Origin: the human T2T-CHM13v2.0 reference genome, Homo sapiens
Strand: one strand, 5' to 3'
Assembly: GCF_009914755.1 (NCBI RefSeq)
Contig: NC_060937.1
Length of the DNA: 64,000 nt
This document shows positions 38,700-53,721 of the stretch, piece after piece. The notes beneath the pieces were generated by a model, which did no database searches, was not told where the DNA came from, and saw only the letters and a program-made list of their open reading frames with translations. Positions within the stretch are counted from its first letter, which is position 1; every line of letters starts with the position of its first letter. Made by a program: the position numbers and the translations under genes.

Positions 38700-38900
38700 T
38701 AAGCAGATCAGTGGCTGCTGGGCTAGGGGTGGGAGCCCAGATTGACTGCAAATGCAGATGAAGGAACTTTCTTGGTCAAAGTGTCTAACACTGGAATGTG
38801 GTGATGGTTGCATGATTCTATGCATTTATTAAAATCATTAAATAATATACTTAAAATGGGTGCTTTTTGTAGTACGAAAATTATAGCTTAATAAAGCTGT
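38700..38900 (+). mobile_element. Old L1 (L1ME/L1MC) 3' end
   Basis: aagcagatcagtggctgc ... gattgactgcaa ... tggtgatggttgcatga ... cttaaaatgggtg ... aataaagctgt. Confidence 0.82.
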
Positions 38901-39429
38901 AATCATTTTTTATTTTAAAGTTGACATGTTTTTAAATTTTGCGATATTCACACTCTATAAAATAGTTGTACTGTATATCTCTGTGATGTGTTAGTTACAT
39001 TAAAAATGTTCTTTTTCCACTATTGGGAATATAAATTTTTATAATAATCTAAAGTAAGATTCTTAAGTTTTTAAAATTACTCTAAATGGATTATTTTCAT
39101 AATCATTAACAATCCAAATAGGAATCAAAATAGCAAGAAACACTTAGAAGAAATTGAAAGAAGACATTTCAGTAGCTTTCTCAACATTTACTGTCTTTTG
39201 GCAACCCAGTCTAACCCTTTTAACAGGGTAGTATATTAATCTCAATGTGTTTAAAGACTGACAAATCACAGGAATTTGATAATTTCAGAAGAAAAGTATT
39301 TTTAAACTCCAGCAGGCACACCAATAAAGCTCAGCAATAAATTGTGAGCATTCTTACCAAAAAAAAAAAGATGCACATGAATTTTATATACTTAAAGTAT
39401 TTGGAAAACACTATATAATGTCAGATATG

Positions 39430-39625
39430 ACACTGTGGTTAAGAATGTCAGTCTGCCTTGACCAGGTACTAATCACTTGGGCCAGTTACTTTCCCCCTGA
39501 TTCTGCATCTGTGAAATGGAGATAACAATAGTATCTACTCCCATAATACTGTTAATGGGGTAAAAAATCGAAATTTTAGTTAGTGCCTGGCATACGGTAA
39601 ACATTCAAGAAACACTAGCTGCTAT
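39430..39625 (+). mobile_element. MIR SINE
   Basis: cttgggccagttactt ... catctgtgaaatggagataacaatagtatctac ... agtgcctggcatacggtaa. Confidence 0.8.
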
Positions 39626-40401
39626 TCTACATTTATTGATATTATCCCTGGGCTGGATTCAACATACAAGATGATTTTATTCTTTTCTACAAAGCCTCAC
39701 CCCCAGGGACAGATCCGGTCCTTTACCTTCCTGGAATGCCAATTACTCAGCAATCTTCACGTAAACTGGAGAAAATGTTTCCAGCTGTTGTAACAGAAAA
39801 TGTCTTCCAACTTTTGATTCATTACACAAGGTGTTATCACTCATTTTCTGGCACAGAGCTGGTGCACTATCCCAGAACTGATCTGACACACTTTCTTCAG
39901 CTGATGTCAAACCAAATTATAAGGCAAATAGGACAAACGAAAAGTCACATGAACAGAATCCATTTACAGTGGGGTCATTCACACTGGTCCTTCCAGGTGA
40001 GAGAAGCACTGAGAGAGAGAGATTTGCAATTATTTAAATACATAGCATAAAGCTTCACTTTTGTCTTCAAAAAAAAAGTAATTTTAAGACCTAGAAAACA
40101 CAGTTGCCAATCCTCAAAATAGATCCACATTTCCTCTGGTTCTTCCTCTATTTCTCTTGTGCCCCAAAATGTAGGTATGTGGGTGTAAACATCTCCAAAG
40201 TCAAGTTCTCGTGCATTTTGATAATCTTGTAAAGTTTTGAAAGTAACTTCCCTCTCACGTTAACTGATGGTAGAAAATGAATGGGAACTTTACACACCTG
40301 ATTCCCAATACATCTTAATGGGAAAGTGCAGGCTCATAAAACTGAGGGCTAGGACATTTAGTATTTATTTTAAGGGCTTCTAAAATATGCCACAAGCTTA
40401 G

Positions 40402-40796
<395 letters not shown>

Positions 40797-41507
40797 TAGA
40801 AGTGTTATTAATTCAACTATAAAATAAAACACATCTTTCAGTTATTTAAAGTACGAAGGCAATGTTACAGTGTTTCGGCAGTCACATTTTCAAACAGTAC
40901 AAGGACATCCTCAAATAAGATTAACTGTATCAATCATCTCATACTCCCATGAACATACAAATGTGAAAATGCAAGTTTCTCTAGTAATGAAACTTGCAGT
41001 GAGTCTGAAAGGACTCTTCCCTTAGGATTCTGTTGTGAGGAGTTCTCCCAAGTCTTCCACTGCCCACTGAAAGAAAACTAAGGTATTCCCAATGCCTGGC
41101 ACAGAATCCATGCTGAATCGATGTTTCCGGATCTAACAAGTCTACAAGGACTTGCACATTTTAAACATTAAAAGACATTTATGTTAAAAAGCTAAAGCAC
41201 AATCATCTTAATAAAACCCAGGTGAAACTCTTGATCCAATTTGGCAAAACCAAAGACAACTCCGTGAATAGTCTGTTCACCTAACAGGCTTTGTAACAGG
41301 TCTTTGTTTTTTATGGTCACTGTCAATAATTGGCACTCTGTACAATACAATAATACATGAGATTAGATTTTCTCCAACTGAACGTATCCCAGAGGCATCA
41401 TAGCATGATCTTCAGAAATTCTCCCTTTTCCTATAAACTGTTGCCAAATGCAGCAAGGATTTAATCAATGGATGTGTTTTTTTCTCAATACACAGTGGCT
41501 AAGTCTA

Positions 41508-42074
<567 letters not shown>

Positions 42075-43070
42075 TTATTTCTAGGGCTTATTATTTTTTC
42101 CCTAATTTAGAGCTATAACCTCAGAAATGGAATTGACCTTCCCATTCAAAAAAGGCCCTGTTAATGGGGTCGCTGGGCATTGTATGGCTTTTTGCAAAGC
42201 CCTGTCTGCCCTAAGTCATGGGCAGCCCCTGCCAGCTGCCAGCTGAATTAAATAGGCGACACCCCCTCAGTCTCTTAACCTCCCAGGCTGTGTTATAAGA
42301 AAATCACTCTAATTCTGATCACTAGGTGGTTCCTTCACACCAGTTTATCCCATCCATTGTTGTTTTCCATAGTCAAGTCTGCAGTACGTAAGACTGTTGG
42401 CCACTAAATCCTTGGGCATGTCTAGAAAATTATTATAGCTGGAAATTATTTTCAAAAGTTACCCCTCCATTCCTGCACACCTTAAAAACAGCCCACATCT
42501 TTCCGGGCATCGTCCATGTTGGGAATTGTCTCATGCGTAGGGACTCCATCTGATAATAGTTGAAGATCTAAAATCGGTTCTCAGGACCAGTTAATGACTT
42601 CCATTCATTCCCACAGAAGACACCCGGAAGCAGCACAGGGATCATATTCAGTTTGTGCAGCGTATTGAGGGGAGATACAGACAACTTCTAACAGCATGCA
42701 CATGCACTTTGTGGCATTAATCTCTTCCTCGGGATCCGTGTTTCCACAGTGTTTGTTCAGCCTTCCTGACTCTTTAACCTACGTTTATTCTCCATACAGG
42801 AAGCCATTCACCCTCCACGTGAGGCAGCCCACTGAGGCTAGATTGCAGTGAGAACACATTTCACACTAATGCACTGGCTGCTTTCCAGAAAATTGCTGCT
42901 GGCAATCATATCTTGCCATCTGATGTCAACATTGGCATTGAGAGGATGCTAATAAAACTGCGAAATCAGCTAAAACTAATGTTTAATGCATCTACCACGC
43001 AACAACAGCCGGGGTTCGCCGTCTTTAGGGCTTTGAATTCTGATGTTCCATTCATACTCTTCAGTCTCCT

Positions 43071-43228
43071 GAGCAGCTCTTCTGAAACTTAAATGTGAAT
43101 ATACACAGCCTGAGAATCTTGTTGAAATCACATTCTGACTCAGTAGGTCTGTGTGGAGCCTGAGGGTCCGCATCTCTGCCTGCTCCCTGGTGGCCTTGCT
43201 GCTGCTGTCCCGGGACCACTCTTGGTAC
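43071..43228. mobile_element. MER5A/B (hAT-Charlie)
   Basis: aatcttgttgaaat..attctgactcagtaggtctg.gtggagcctgag ... gctgctg.cccgggaccact. Confidence 0.85.
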
Positions 43229-43239
43229 TGAGGTTTTTA

Positions 43240-43640
<401 letters not shown>

Positions 43641-44569
43641 TAGCTCCCAGACTGTCACTCTGAAAAGGCATCAGAAGGAAAATGTCTAGTCTAATCTTTT
43701 TTTTTTTTTTTTTAAGCTAGTGCTTACCTTGAGTTATTTTCTTCCTGGAAGATTTTTTTTTTAATAAAAAAAATCAATTTTATGTTACTATCTGCCAAGG
43801 CAACTTTGGTTTATGGTCTTCCAAGTAGAGAAAAAGGGAATAGAAAGATCTCTTGTAGGGGCACTCCTAGCCCTGTAATCTACTTGTTAAAGGATGAGCC
43901 AAAAGTTAAAACTAAGAAATGTCATTTAACAAATTGTAAGCATCTAATGAGGGTAGTCGTGAATACAGAAATCAACAAAGCACTATCTTCTTTCTCCCAG
44001 ATATTTTGGTCTCACACAGGTGTACAAACAGTTCTAAGGCAAAGCAGAAGTGATTATCCACAGAAAGAGAACTACCTTGTGTTTTTCCCTCAGGGAGGAA
44101 CTCATAAAGATCATGGTGACTGTGCTCCCATTGACCTAAAAAGCCTGTTACCTGGCATGTACAAAACAAGACTGGACTTATGGAATCAGACACGTTTTGA
44201 AAAATGTGACTTTTTTTCTAAGAGGATTCTAGACAAAGCAGATGGAGTCTGAGATAATTTTAACCTCCAATAACTGATTACACTGAATAGCACCTCAAGA
44301 ATTGCTACTTTACATGCTGTTTGCTTCTCGATCGACTTTGGAACATGATTACTATCAGCCGTAAGTCAGAAGATAGACAAAAGAGGCTCTACAGACAAGT
44401 CACAAGACAGGAAAGCACACTGGGAAACTTGGCTTCAGGGGATCTGACCCTGGACAATGAAATAACAAAGTTAGAGAGGGAATGGCTTGATACGTTTCCC
44501 ACATAAATGTGCAGACTCATGTGAAGGTGCCAGCAAGGAGCCAAACTGCACACAGAGTGGGATCTGTGG

Positions 44570-44611
44570 GGTTTTGTTGTTGTTGTTATTGTTGTTTGTT
44601 TGTTTGTTTTT
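44570..44611. repeat. (TTG)n/(TTTG)n microsatellite
   Basis: ttgttgttgttgttattgttgtttgtttgtttgttttt. Confidence 0.85.
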
Positions 44612-44625
44612 AAAGAAAAAGACAG

Positions 44626-44973
<348 letters not shown>

Positions 44974-45799
44974 TCAATGCGACTATGGGTAATTTTAACT
45001 TATCTTAATATTTTCCCATTTCCTTCAAAATTCTTTACATTGATTATATATTAATCTTACAAAGGACAAGACCAATTAAAAAATAAATCTCCCATCTGTC
45101 CTTTTGTTTCTAAGGCATGTTGTTTACAATATAGTTCCTATTTAAAATTGGATTTTTAAAGTTCCATTTAATTTCTGAAACAGACTTCTTTCATTTAATT
45201 TAGTTTCAAGGATTTAAAAACTAATCAGGAAAATCTGGTGCAACATATTATAGTCTGCCACCACAGACACCCTTGAATACTGCAGGTTTGTGTCTCTGCA
45301 ATAATTAGGCCAGATGCTTTTCATGTGCATCTCCTATTGGCCCACCACCAATTTTTATATCCATGGGACATATTGATCAGTTCTTCTCTTTATTCACTGG
45401 ATGGCTAAGGCAATGTCAGGAAGGTTTACAGCAATTCTCCTGACTCAGACGGCGAGATGTTTCTAACAGAATATCTATTGTTCCCCCACAAAATGAAAGT
45501 GCTTTCAATAGCGAAAATGATCTAAAATTGGCAGATGCGTTCTTTTTATTTTCTATACTAGAGTCTTTCATGAAGAAGCCCTAGCTAGAAACAACCATCA
45601 TGGTGCGGTGTGCATGGTAATGTAGTGTGTGGCCACGCTGCAGAGGGCACCATCATCATTTACAGCTACACATGACCACAGCCCAGGGTGACCAAGGCAG
45701 CTCCTATATGGCCATGACCCGTAAGGACCTTGCTGAATACTGGAGCCATATGCTAATGCCGAGTGGATAGACCACAGCAAACTGGTCAATCATCCAGCT

Positions 45800-46080
45800 A
45801 CTTAGTCATTCAGTCATTTACCAGGTCAAGCTCTGGAGACTCAAAGGCCAATAGAACACCTTTCTTAGCCTCATCCTATAAAATCGAAAGGAGGAGACAG
45901 GCATTACAATAGACCAGCATAATGAAGATTTGCATGGCTACATACAATGTACAGTGAACAGGCTCCAAGAGAGTGAGTTGTCAATTTTATATGGGGAAGA
46001 TAGGAAATATTTCATAGACAAGGCCACCTTTGAGCTGAATCTTGAGAAATGAGTAGGTTCTTGCTTTGCAGAGCTGGGGT
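45800..46080 (-). mobile_element. L2 3' region (degenerate)
   Basis: agtcattcagtcattta start; tttgagctgaatcttgagaaatgagtagg. Confidence 0.55.
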
Positions 46081-46474
46081 TCAGTGAGATTACCTTCAAT
46101 TATCAATGTAATCATCAATATAAATATATATAGCAACGAGTCCAATGCCAGGCACAGAGAAGGTATTCAACAAATGATACTAATAATAATATTACTTTCT
46201 CGGTGGGATGGATTGCCAATAGAAAGATGCCTTTAAGGAATGACCTGTACCATTGAAGAAGAAAGTGAATAAAATATCTGCATCGCATTCACAACTGACT
46301 GACAATAAATGGGATGATAAAAATACAGTTGTTAGTAGTTCAGGTACAGCAGATCAGTTGCAATGGAAACTATGCAAAATGACCAATTCTACATTCATGG
46401 TATTATACAACTACAAGGGTCTTACAGTTTTAAGAAAGCCTGGAATATGAGAACAGAAGGGAGAAGGACTGATA

Positions 46475-46700
46475 TTTTTAGAGGACCTACCATGTGTCAA
46501 GCCAAGGCCTTTATATACATATTTTGTCAATTAATTATCACCCCAATATTATGAGGTATGCATTATTATGCCATCTTAAAGAAGAGGAAATTGAGATTCA
46601 GAGAGTTTAACTGATTTGCCAGAGGTCACACTACTAATGAGTATTCAAGTCAGGATTTGACTTTGTATTAGTTAAGTGTCTCATTTCGAATTCCATGCTC
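46475..46700 (-). mobile_element. MIR SINE
   Basis: acctaccatgtgtcaagc ... gaagaggaaattgagattcagagagtttaactgatttgccagaggtcacac. Confidence 0.85.
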
Positions 46701-46869
46701 TTTTTATTATATCATGAAGCATTTCCATGTGAAAAGCCACATTTACAAAGGAAAATATGATTAGTCATTATAAAAGGATAATTTAAAATAGTGAGTCCCT
46801 TTGGCACATTAAAATATGATTTTTTTCCAAAAAAAATTTGTTAAGTGTCAGCTTTTCCATTATAACAAC

Positions 46870-47085
46870 TACCAACAATTGGGTACCAATCACAGTGCTA
46901 AATTTGCCATGTGAATTGTTTCATTTAGTCCTCATGACAACTTATAGAGCAGGCATTATTATCATTATTATTATTCACAATATACAGATGATGAAACTGA
47001 GGATTATCAGGGTGTGAACTATTTCCAATAGGAGGATAAATTTCACTATGCCCAGAGTAGAGGACAGATTTGAACTCATCTATAA
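46870..47085 (-). mobile_element. MIR SINE
   Basis: tcatttagtcctcatgacaac ... tacagatgatgaaactgagg. Confidence 0.8.
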
Positions 47086-48846
47086 TTCTATGGAACTAAT
47101 GTTTTTCCTCTCTGTCATGTTATCATGTATATCTATGCTTAATTTATAGCATACATAAGCAAATTTCCTCATTATAAGTAAATTCAATATACAGAAATTT
47201 TAAACTTAACTAATCAGTAAGTTGGGTAGGCTAACTTAATTTTCCAGGCTTGGATGAAAAACCACAAGCTAGATTTTCCAGACTGAAATCTCAGTCCAGG
47301 CTCAGCTGAATTTTTTTGTTTGTTTGTTGCAGGGATAACTGACTGACCAGCTGACTTTAAAGTCCAAGTTCTTTCCATCATCCCAACATGCTCCTGCCAG
47401 ACAGAAAAGGCTCACAGGCCGGGTCAGGGCTCCAGCTGTCATAGAAGCAAGAGAACTCACCACCAGAAGGCAATCACAAAGCCAGTAGACTTGTAAACGT
47501 CCCCCAAATGCTCTCAGCACACTATGGAAGGGCTTTAGAAAACCTATCTTCAGTACAGCAGTGGAACACTAAGAGAACTTAGAATTCATTTTACAGCGAG
47601 CTAGAATGCAATTTACAGAAAACTAACTTTTGCTAAAATGAATCTAAGCCTTAAAATATACATCACTGCAGGTACCCATAATTGATCACATCCTCAGAGG
47701 AGCTCAAAGTGAAAAAAAAAAGGACTTAAATCTTCCCAATTTGGAGGCACTAACATCTACATAAGGACAGGTATAGCTCATGAGTCCTAAATATTGACCA
47801 AGGATATGTGACCTAAAATAGTACATTCTATTCTGAACACTTTAATTCTGTAAGTGAAGTGTCATTACGATTCTTAAACTTCTTTTTCTTTGAAATCATC
47901 TATTTCCATCAATTCATAGCTCTAATAAATCATGAGGATGGTTTAACATGTGCTCTGAGCTTTTGTAGAGAATTTTAATTTGACATTTTAAAGTGTAAGC
48001 TAAATTACTTGTATCAACTGTTTTTTTACTCCAATCGCAAACAAAACTAAAAAGTATTACATTCCCTTTTGCTACATAGGTAGTGTAGCAAATCAATAGT
48101 ACACATTCTTTATACCAAGAATGAAGGGTTTTAATATGCTTGCAGAAGTTAATTAGAACTGTCACAGAAAAGTTCTACTAATAAAAAAGGAAAAATACCA
48201 CTGCTGCTAATAGCTACAGAAAACCTCCTTTCCCATTCCAAATAAATCCTATCAGATTCTAAATTTCTTACATTTTGTCTGGAAACCTCTAGTTTCCACA
48301 TTTTCTATGCTTATCAACTCCTATAGCCAAGGTCAGATGCAATAATAATTTGTACCACTTTTTTAACTTGTAAGAGGAAGACATATCTTAAGCACTCTAA
48401 ACCCAAGAGTCGACCAAATTATTTTTACTTCAGATTAGAATTAGATATTAAAGGCCAAAAAGAAGAAAATAAAGACCATTTTGTGATATCTGATTAATAG
48501 ATTCCTATTAATCATCATTACCATTTCCTGTAATCAAGTAAACTCCTATATTAAACACCTAAAATAAATGGCGGCAATTATTGACTCATTTACAAGCATC
48601 TTTTGAGCTTTATAACAGGCAATGAGGATTCATGATCAAAAGATACAGAGAAGATGTAATGATGGATTAATTTATCAACAGCTACTGGGATGTCCTCAAA
48701 ATGGCAGTTATGATGCTTTCTCATGGCTTACCATCGAAATCAGTTTATGGCTACCCATACTTCAGCTGAGTAATTCCTAATGTTTTCCATATTGGGAAAA
48801 CAATAAATTGTTTGCTCACTCTAGCATGCTAGCAGTGGTAGATTTT

Positions 48847-48924
48847 TTTTTTTTTTTTTTTTTTTTTGAGACGGGGTCTCACTCTGTCGCCCAGGCTGGA
48901 GTGCAGTGGCGCGATCTCGACTCA
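48847..48924 (-). mobile_element. Severely 5'-truncated Alu (about 58 nt plus tail)
   Basis: T25 then gagacggggtctcactctgtcgcccaggctggagtgcagtggcgcgatctcgactcac; TSD CTAGCAGTGGTAGATTTT at 48829-48846 and 48925-48942. Confidence 0.95.
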
Positions 48925-50904
48925 CTAGCAGTGGTAGATTTTATAAAGTACATGGCCTATGTGAAATGTCTATAAGATAAAAATATAACATCTCTGGGTT
49001 TTTTTCTCTTCACTAAAGCATGCTGCAATGTTGTACAGATCTTTGATGTTGAAAAGTAGATAAGATAGGGATGTGCATTTATTTTCTACTTAAAGAGCAA
49101 TCCAGTTTGTCATTGCTGTATTTCAGTGGGAAGGGGATCATTGGGAAGTGCCCTATCTATGTTCTTTATAGTATAAATCACCTACTTAGGCACTAGCTGT
49201 TCTATGTTTCTAAGGACGGATTCAAGAACCACAGATTTAGCAGCTCAAGAAAGCCAGATTTGCTTTTCCATAAAAGGAGTCAGGAGATATGCAAGGGTAT
49301 CTTTGTAGCAAATCTGGTAACTTTTAGTCTTATTTTAAGCACTTAAAAAATAGTTATACTCCAAATGGCCTCTGGGAGTAACTGCTTGGCAGGTTAAGTG
49401 AATAACCCACAGCAAAGTTCCAACATCCAGAGCTTGGACTTGGGCAAGAGGAAGAGACTCTCAGACTCTAAGATCCTGCAGATCCTCCCCTTGGACATGG
49501 GTTCAGGGGACATGATTTTAACTGTTAGCTAGAAAATGTCCCTTTTTCTTCTTTGGAGGTCTTTAACCAAGGCCCAGATTTAAAAAAAAAAAAAATGCAT
49601 CACTGAAATTAAGGCATGGTAAGTGCTTCCTTGAACTGCCAGCCATGCCAGCAAAAGGACTGATGACCTGGTGAGCAGTCACCCTGAAAGTTGCAAGGAA
49701 GAGGAGGAAGGTCGGGGCAACCATTTGCTGAAGCTTCAGTGCCCCTGAATAAAGAATGGAGTTGAAATCATTAGAAAGGGTTTGCTCACACATAGGCTGC
49801 TTATGAACCACAACGGTCATCTTGGCCAATTGCAGCTTCCTGCAAAATCTTTTCTAGATTGTGCAGCATTTCCAAAACGTTTATTTCCTTATCTCAGTCT
49901 AAAAACATCAAAAAAAGTACTGTTCAATGAACTCTTTGCTTAGGGCTAACACAAACCCGAGAGGCAACTGAGCAAGGAGTGGTGGTAGAAACAAGTGAGA
50001 ACAGCATGTGGTCTGTGCCCTCCGGTGTCCGTCTCCTCTGGGTAAGATATTAAACAGCAGGCTCCGGCTTTCATGGTTCCATTGTCCAAAATCCCAGCGT
50101 CAACAGTTTTCATGCCATGGATACATCTGTAGGCTGCCCCAAGGCAATCTACAAAACCATCTTCCTCTCTACGCATTTACTCAAAGCACTCAAGCAATTC
50201 ATTTTTTAAACAATTCTATTTCCTCAACCCAAAAACATGAAATTCTTTACTGGGCACTGGAATTCCCATATTGTTTATGGAGTTGATGTGAGGGTTCAGT
50301 TAAACTATTTTTTAAAAAGGTGGGACAAGTAATCTTAGGGTGGCATCTTGTTGGCAGCATATGGACCCCGATGCCACCACAGGCAGGCCAAGATGGTAGC
50401 AGTGCAGGTGCCACCCCACTATGGCCAAGCGTTATTCCACAGGACAGCGTGGAGGAAACTGATTTATTCTCAGAGGCTTATCAAGCCTCAGTCTCTGCCA
50501 GGGTTGTCAAAAATTCTACTCTAACAAACTGCTTATGGGACAGATTTCTCTTTTGAGCCAAAAAGATTCTAAAGACTCCTGGGGTCCATGAGGAAGCATC
50601 TTTGTTCTCACTGGGAACCCAACGAATAAGTCTTTATGTTCTTTCCACTTTATCATCCAATTCCTCTGCAGCTTTTCACTGATCCTGCTATGAAGAGAAC
50701 ATGCCAACACTAGGGGAAATGCCACAGCAGCAAACTGAACGCTTGACAAAACAACAGTTGAGTACAACAGTCAGCAGAATGACTGCAGGGAAAAAAAGGA
50801 CAGAGCAGAAATGTTTCAGATGATATTCTTTGGACAAATTACTCCCTTGACAATTCTTTCTCAATACATTTACATCAGTTTGGTGCCTTAACATAATCTA
50901 AAGT

Positions 50905-51100
50905 GGTACAGTGGTTACCAGCACAAGCTCTGGAGCAAGACCAGTTTAAATCGTAGCTGTGTGGTCTTGTGCATGTTTTTAACGAGTTCTGTGCCTTAGT
51001 GTTCTAATCTGTTAAATGGGGATAATAAGCAAGTTGTTATGAGGATTAAGCATGCTAATACATGCAAAGCACTTTGAACAATGCTCAATAAAGCTATCAT
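50905..51100 (+). mobile_element. MIR SINE
   Basis: agtggtta..agcacaagctctggagc ... tctgtgccttagtgttctaatctgttaaatggggataata ... gttatgaggattaa. Confidence 0.85.
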
Positions 51101-51124
51101 CATTATAGTTCAAAATTGCTATTG

Positions 51125-51285
51125 CATGTATCATCATAGTTGACCCACAGCACTCTATAAAACACAGGTAATCATTTTATCTGTGTTTCACTGATGAGGA
51201 TAATGAAGCTCAGTTAAGTGTTTTGCTAAAAACATAAGGAATCTACGGCTGAGCCAAGACTTGAATCCTGGTTTTTTGACATTAA
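51125..51285 (-). mobile_element. MIR SINE, inverted relative to its neighbour
   Basis: tttcactgatgaggataatgaagctcagttaagtg ... gagccaagacttgaatcctgg. Confidence 0.7.
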
Positions 51286-52300
51286 ACCTCGGATTCCGTC
51301 CCATGACTTTGGATTATTTACATGTAAACCACAGTAAACTAGCCATTATCAAATATTAATTCTAGACAAATTCAGTAAGGAAGAAAACAACTGAGAACAT
51401 CATACCTATTGTAGGGATTTATTCCTGAAATAAACAAAATTAAATAATCAGCTGATGGCAAATTTTAGCTAAAGTCATTAAAGCCGATTTTTAGATTCAG
51501 AGTAGCATTTTGGAACTCCCAAAATTCTGAAGTGCAGCAGGGAGAGGGAACATTTATCCATATGTATTCTTTGCTCTAATGAGACACTTTATAAAAATAT
51601 TTATTTGAATAGGTAAATATTTATGAAAATAGATGAACTCCCATCTTGAGAAAATTCAATATATGAAAATTCAGAACTACAAGATGTTTGAATAACTCAT
51701 TAGAAATGGAGCCAGTGAAGGGCTTACAAAATGTGTAAAGGTGAAGTTTGCCATCTTATTGCTACTATAATTCACAAGCCAGCATGAACTTTCTGGTCAT
51801 TGATAGATTTACGACATTTAGGCTACAGACTCTTAAATATAGAAGACTAAGTCTCATTCATTAGAGAATCTCATCCATTAGAATCCTTATCCGCATATTA
51901 CTTAGGGCAAGGGTTATAAGCCAAGCAAAAGATGGTAAATACAAATGAACAACTGGCACATATTCCTTCTTTCCTAATGAATTTTATAATTTAGAGCATC
52001 TGAATGGATCCCTAAGGGAAGTATTCTTTCATGACTAATACTCTTTCTAGGATTAGCATCTATTTCTAATTCAGAAAGTTTGAATGCGCTAGCCTTTAAG
52101 AACTTGGAGGAGTCTTCTATTTAATAAGATCAATCTTTTAATTCATGGATCATTTTAATTTTAATATTTACTATACATACAAATCATTCAAATTATCCCT
52201 CAAAAAAAATTTTTTAAAAAAGCATTTTGATAGCACCACATTAAAAACTAAACTTCCAGCAAAGATAGTGTGCTCAAAAGTATAATCTGGTAAACTCTGA

Positions 52301-52639
<339 letters not shown>

Positions 52640-53374
52640 CTAATCAATGTTTTTTAATTCAACTCACCATCAAGGTTCTGTCAAACCTGTACAAAAATAG
52701 TCCACCCAAGACAATAAAAGGTGATGCTTCCTTTGGGTTCATCTGACCAACTCACATTAAAATGACCACCCATCCAAGTCAACTGATGTTCATTCTGTAG
52801 CTGAAAAACCTCCCTTTCATTTTAACACTGAAAAATACAAGATGCGTACTATTCTAGAAATATGCCTTTAAAGCTATCCAGATGGAAATATGTCATTTCT
52901 TAGATACATATTTTAAAATCTATAAAATGTAAGTAAATCTCACTAGCGAACACTACAAAGACTTAAAATCATAAAATATTTAGGTCAAAGAAATAAGTTA
53001 GAATTTTCCCTACTGGTCAGAGTTTACTTTCACACCTCAGTCATTCATTCTTCAGGCTATAAGATCTATGAGAAAACTGAAAACAGATGACAGAAAAGAA
53101 TCATTATGTTAAGCAAATAATAAATGAACAAGTAGAAATCACTGAGTAATTATTTAATCTTCAAAGATATGCATTTTTTTCTTACTTTATTCCTATGAAT
53201 AATCCTGCTCAACTCAAACTTCTGACTGTTCTAGGGCCAGCAAGTACATATTTGTTGATCAAGTGACCCAGGCCCTTTAACAACTTGAGCAAAATGTATG
53301 CTTTAGCCACGTACACCCTCCGACTCCCTGGTTCTTGCCTTAAAGTCAAAGTCACATCACAATATGTCTCTTAC

Positions 53375-53721
53375 CTGTTTCCCATCCAACGTGTACAGGC
53401 GTTTCACCACTCCCGAGTCCAGCTTGATGGCATCGGTGATATCGGTGAGGACCTGCTCAAAGGAATGAGCCGTTTTCTTGTTCAGCAGAATCCTGACAGC
53501 TTTCCGTGGCTTCACGCCACTTCTGATGATGGTGACCAGCTTGGGCCGAATGAAATCCTTATTCTCTCGCACCTCTGAAGGGCTTCCTTTGGCAGTGGCC
53601 AGTGAAGACACTGCCCGAGAAGCCGAGGTGGTCTTGACGTTCACCGACCAGTTGGGGTTCACATTCTTGGTGTACTCCAGTTTCTTGAAGGGCTCTATGG
53701 AGCCACATACATAACTCTCTC
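53375..53721 (-). CDS. DCLK1: DCLK1 internal coding exon (347 nt; end of DCX domain 1, linker, most of DCX domain 2; probably exon 3)
   Basis: Minus-strand translation (G)[115 protein letters not shown] is the doublecortin repeat with the DCLK1-type linker. Acceptor tttctctcttccttag|GA at 53721, donor CAG|gtaaga at 53375. Phase 1 to phase 0 (2 nt + 115 codons). Confidence 0.97.

Noticed and set aside
43728-43744. Possible 17-nt microexon on the minus strand (ccag|GAAGAAAATAACTCAAG|gtaagc)
   Set aside because: The donor is strong, but the acceptor is preceded by an A10 run instead of a polypyrimidine tract, and the length breaks frame. No other support.
43782-44252. 156-aa ATG ORF in unique sequence, antisense to DCLK1
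   Set aside because: No recognisable domain and weak Kozak context. A rough estimate says an ORF this long is plausible by chance in six frames of 64 kb. It would need Ribo-seq or PhyloCSF support.
53357-53662. 101-aa ORF as a standalone gene or processed DCX pseudogene
   Set aside because: Homology is bounded by canonical splice sites and extends upstream of the GTG start, so it is an internal exon.
53285-53714. Plus-strand ORFs (97 and 78 aa) over the DCLK1 exon
   Set aside because: Antisense shadow of a coding exon.
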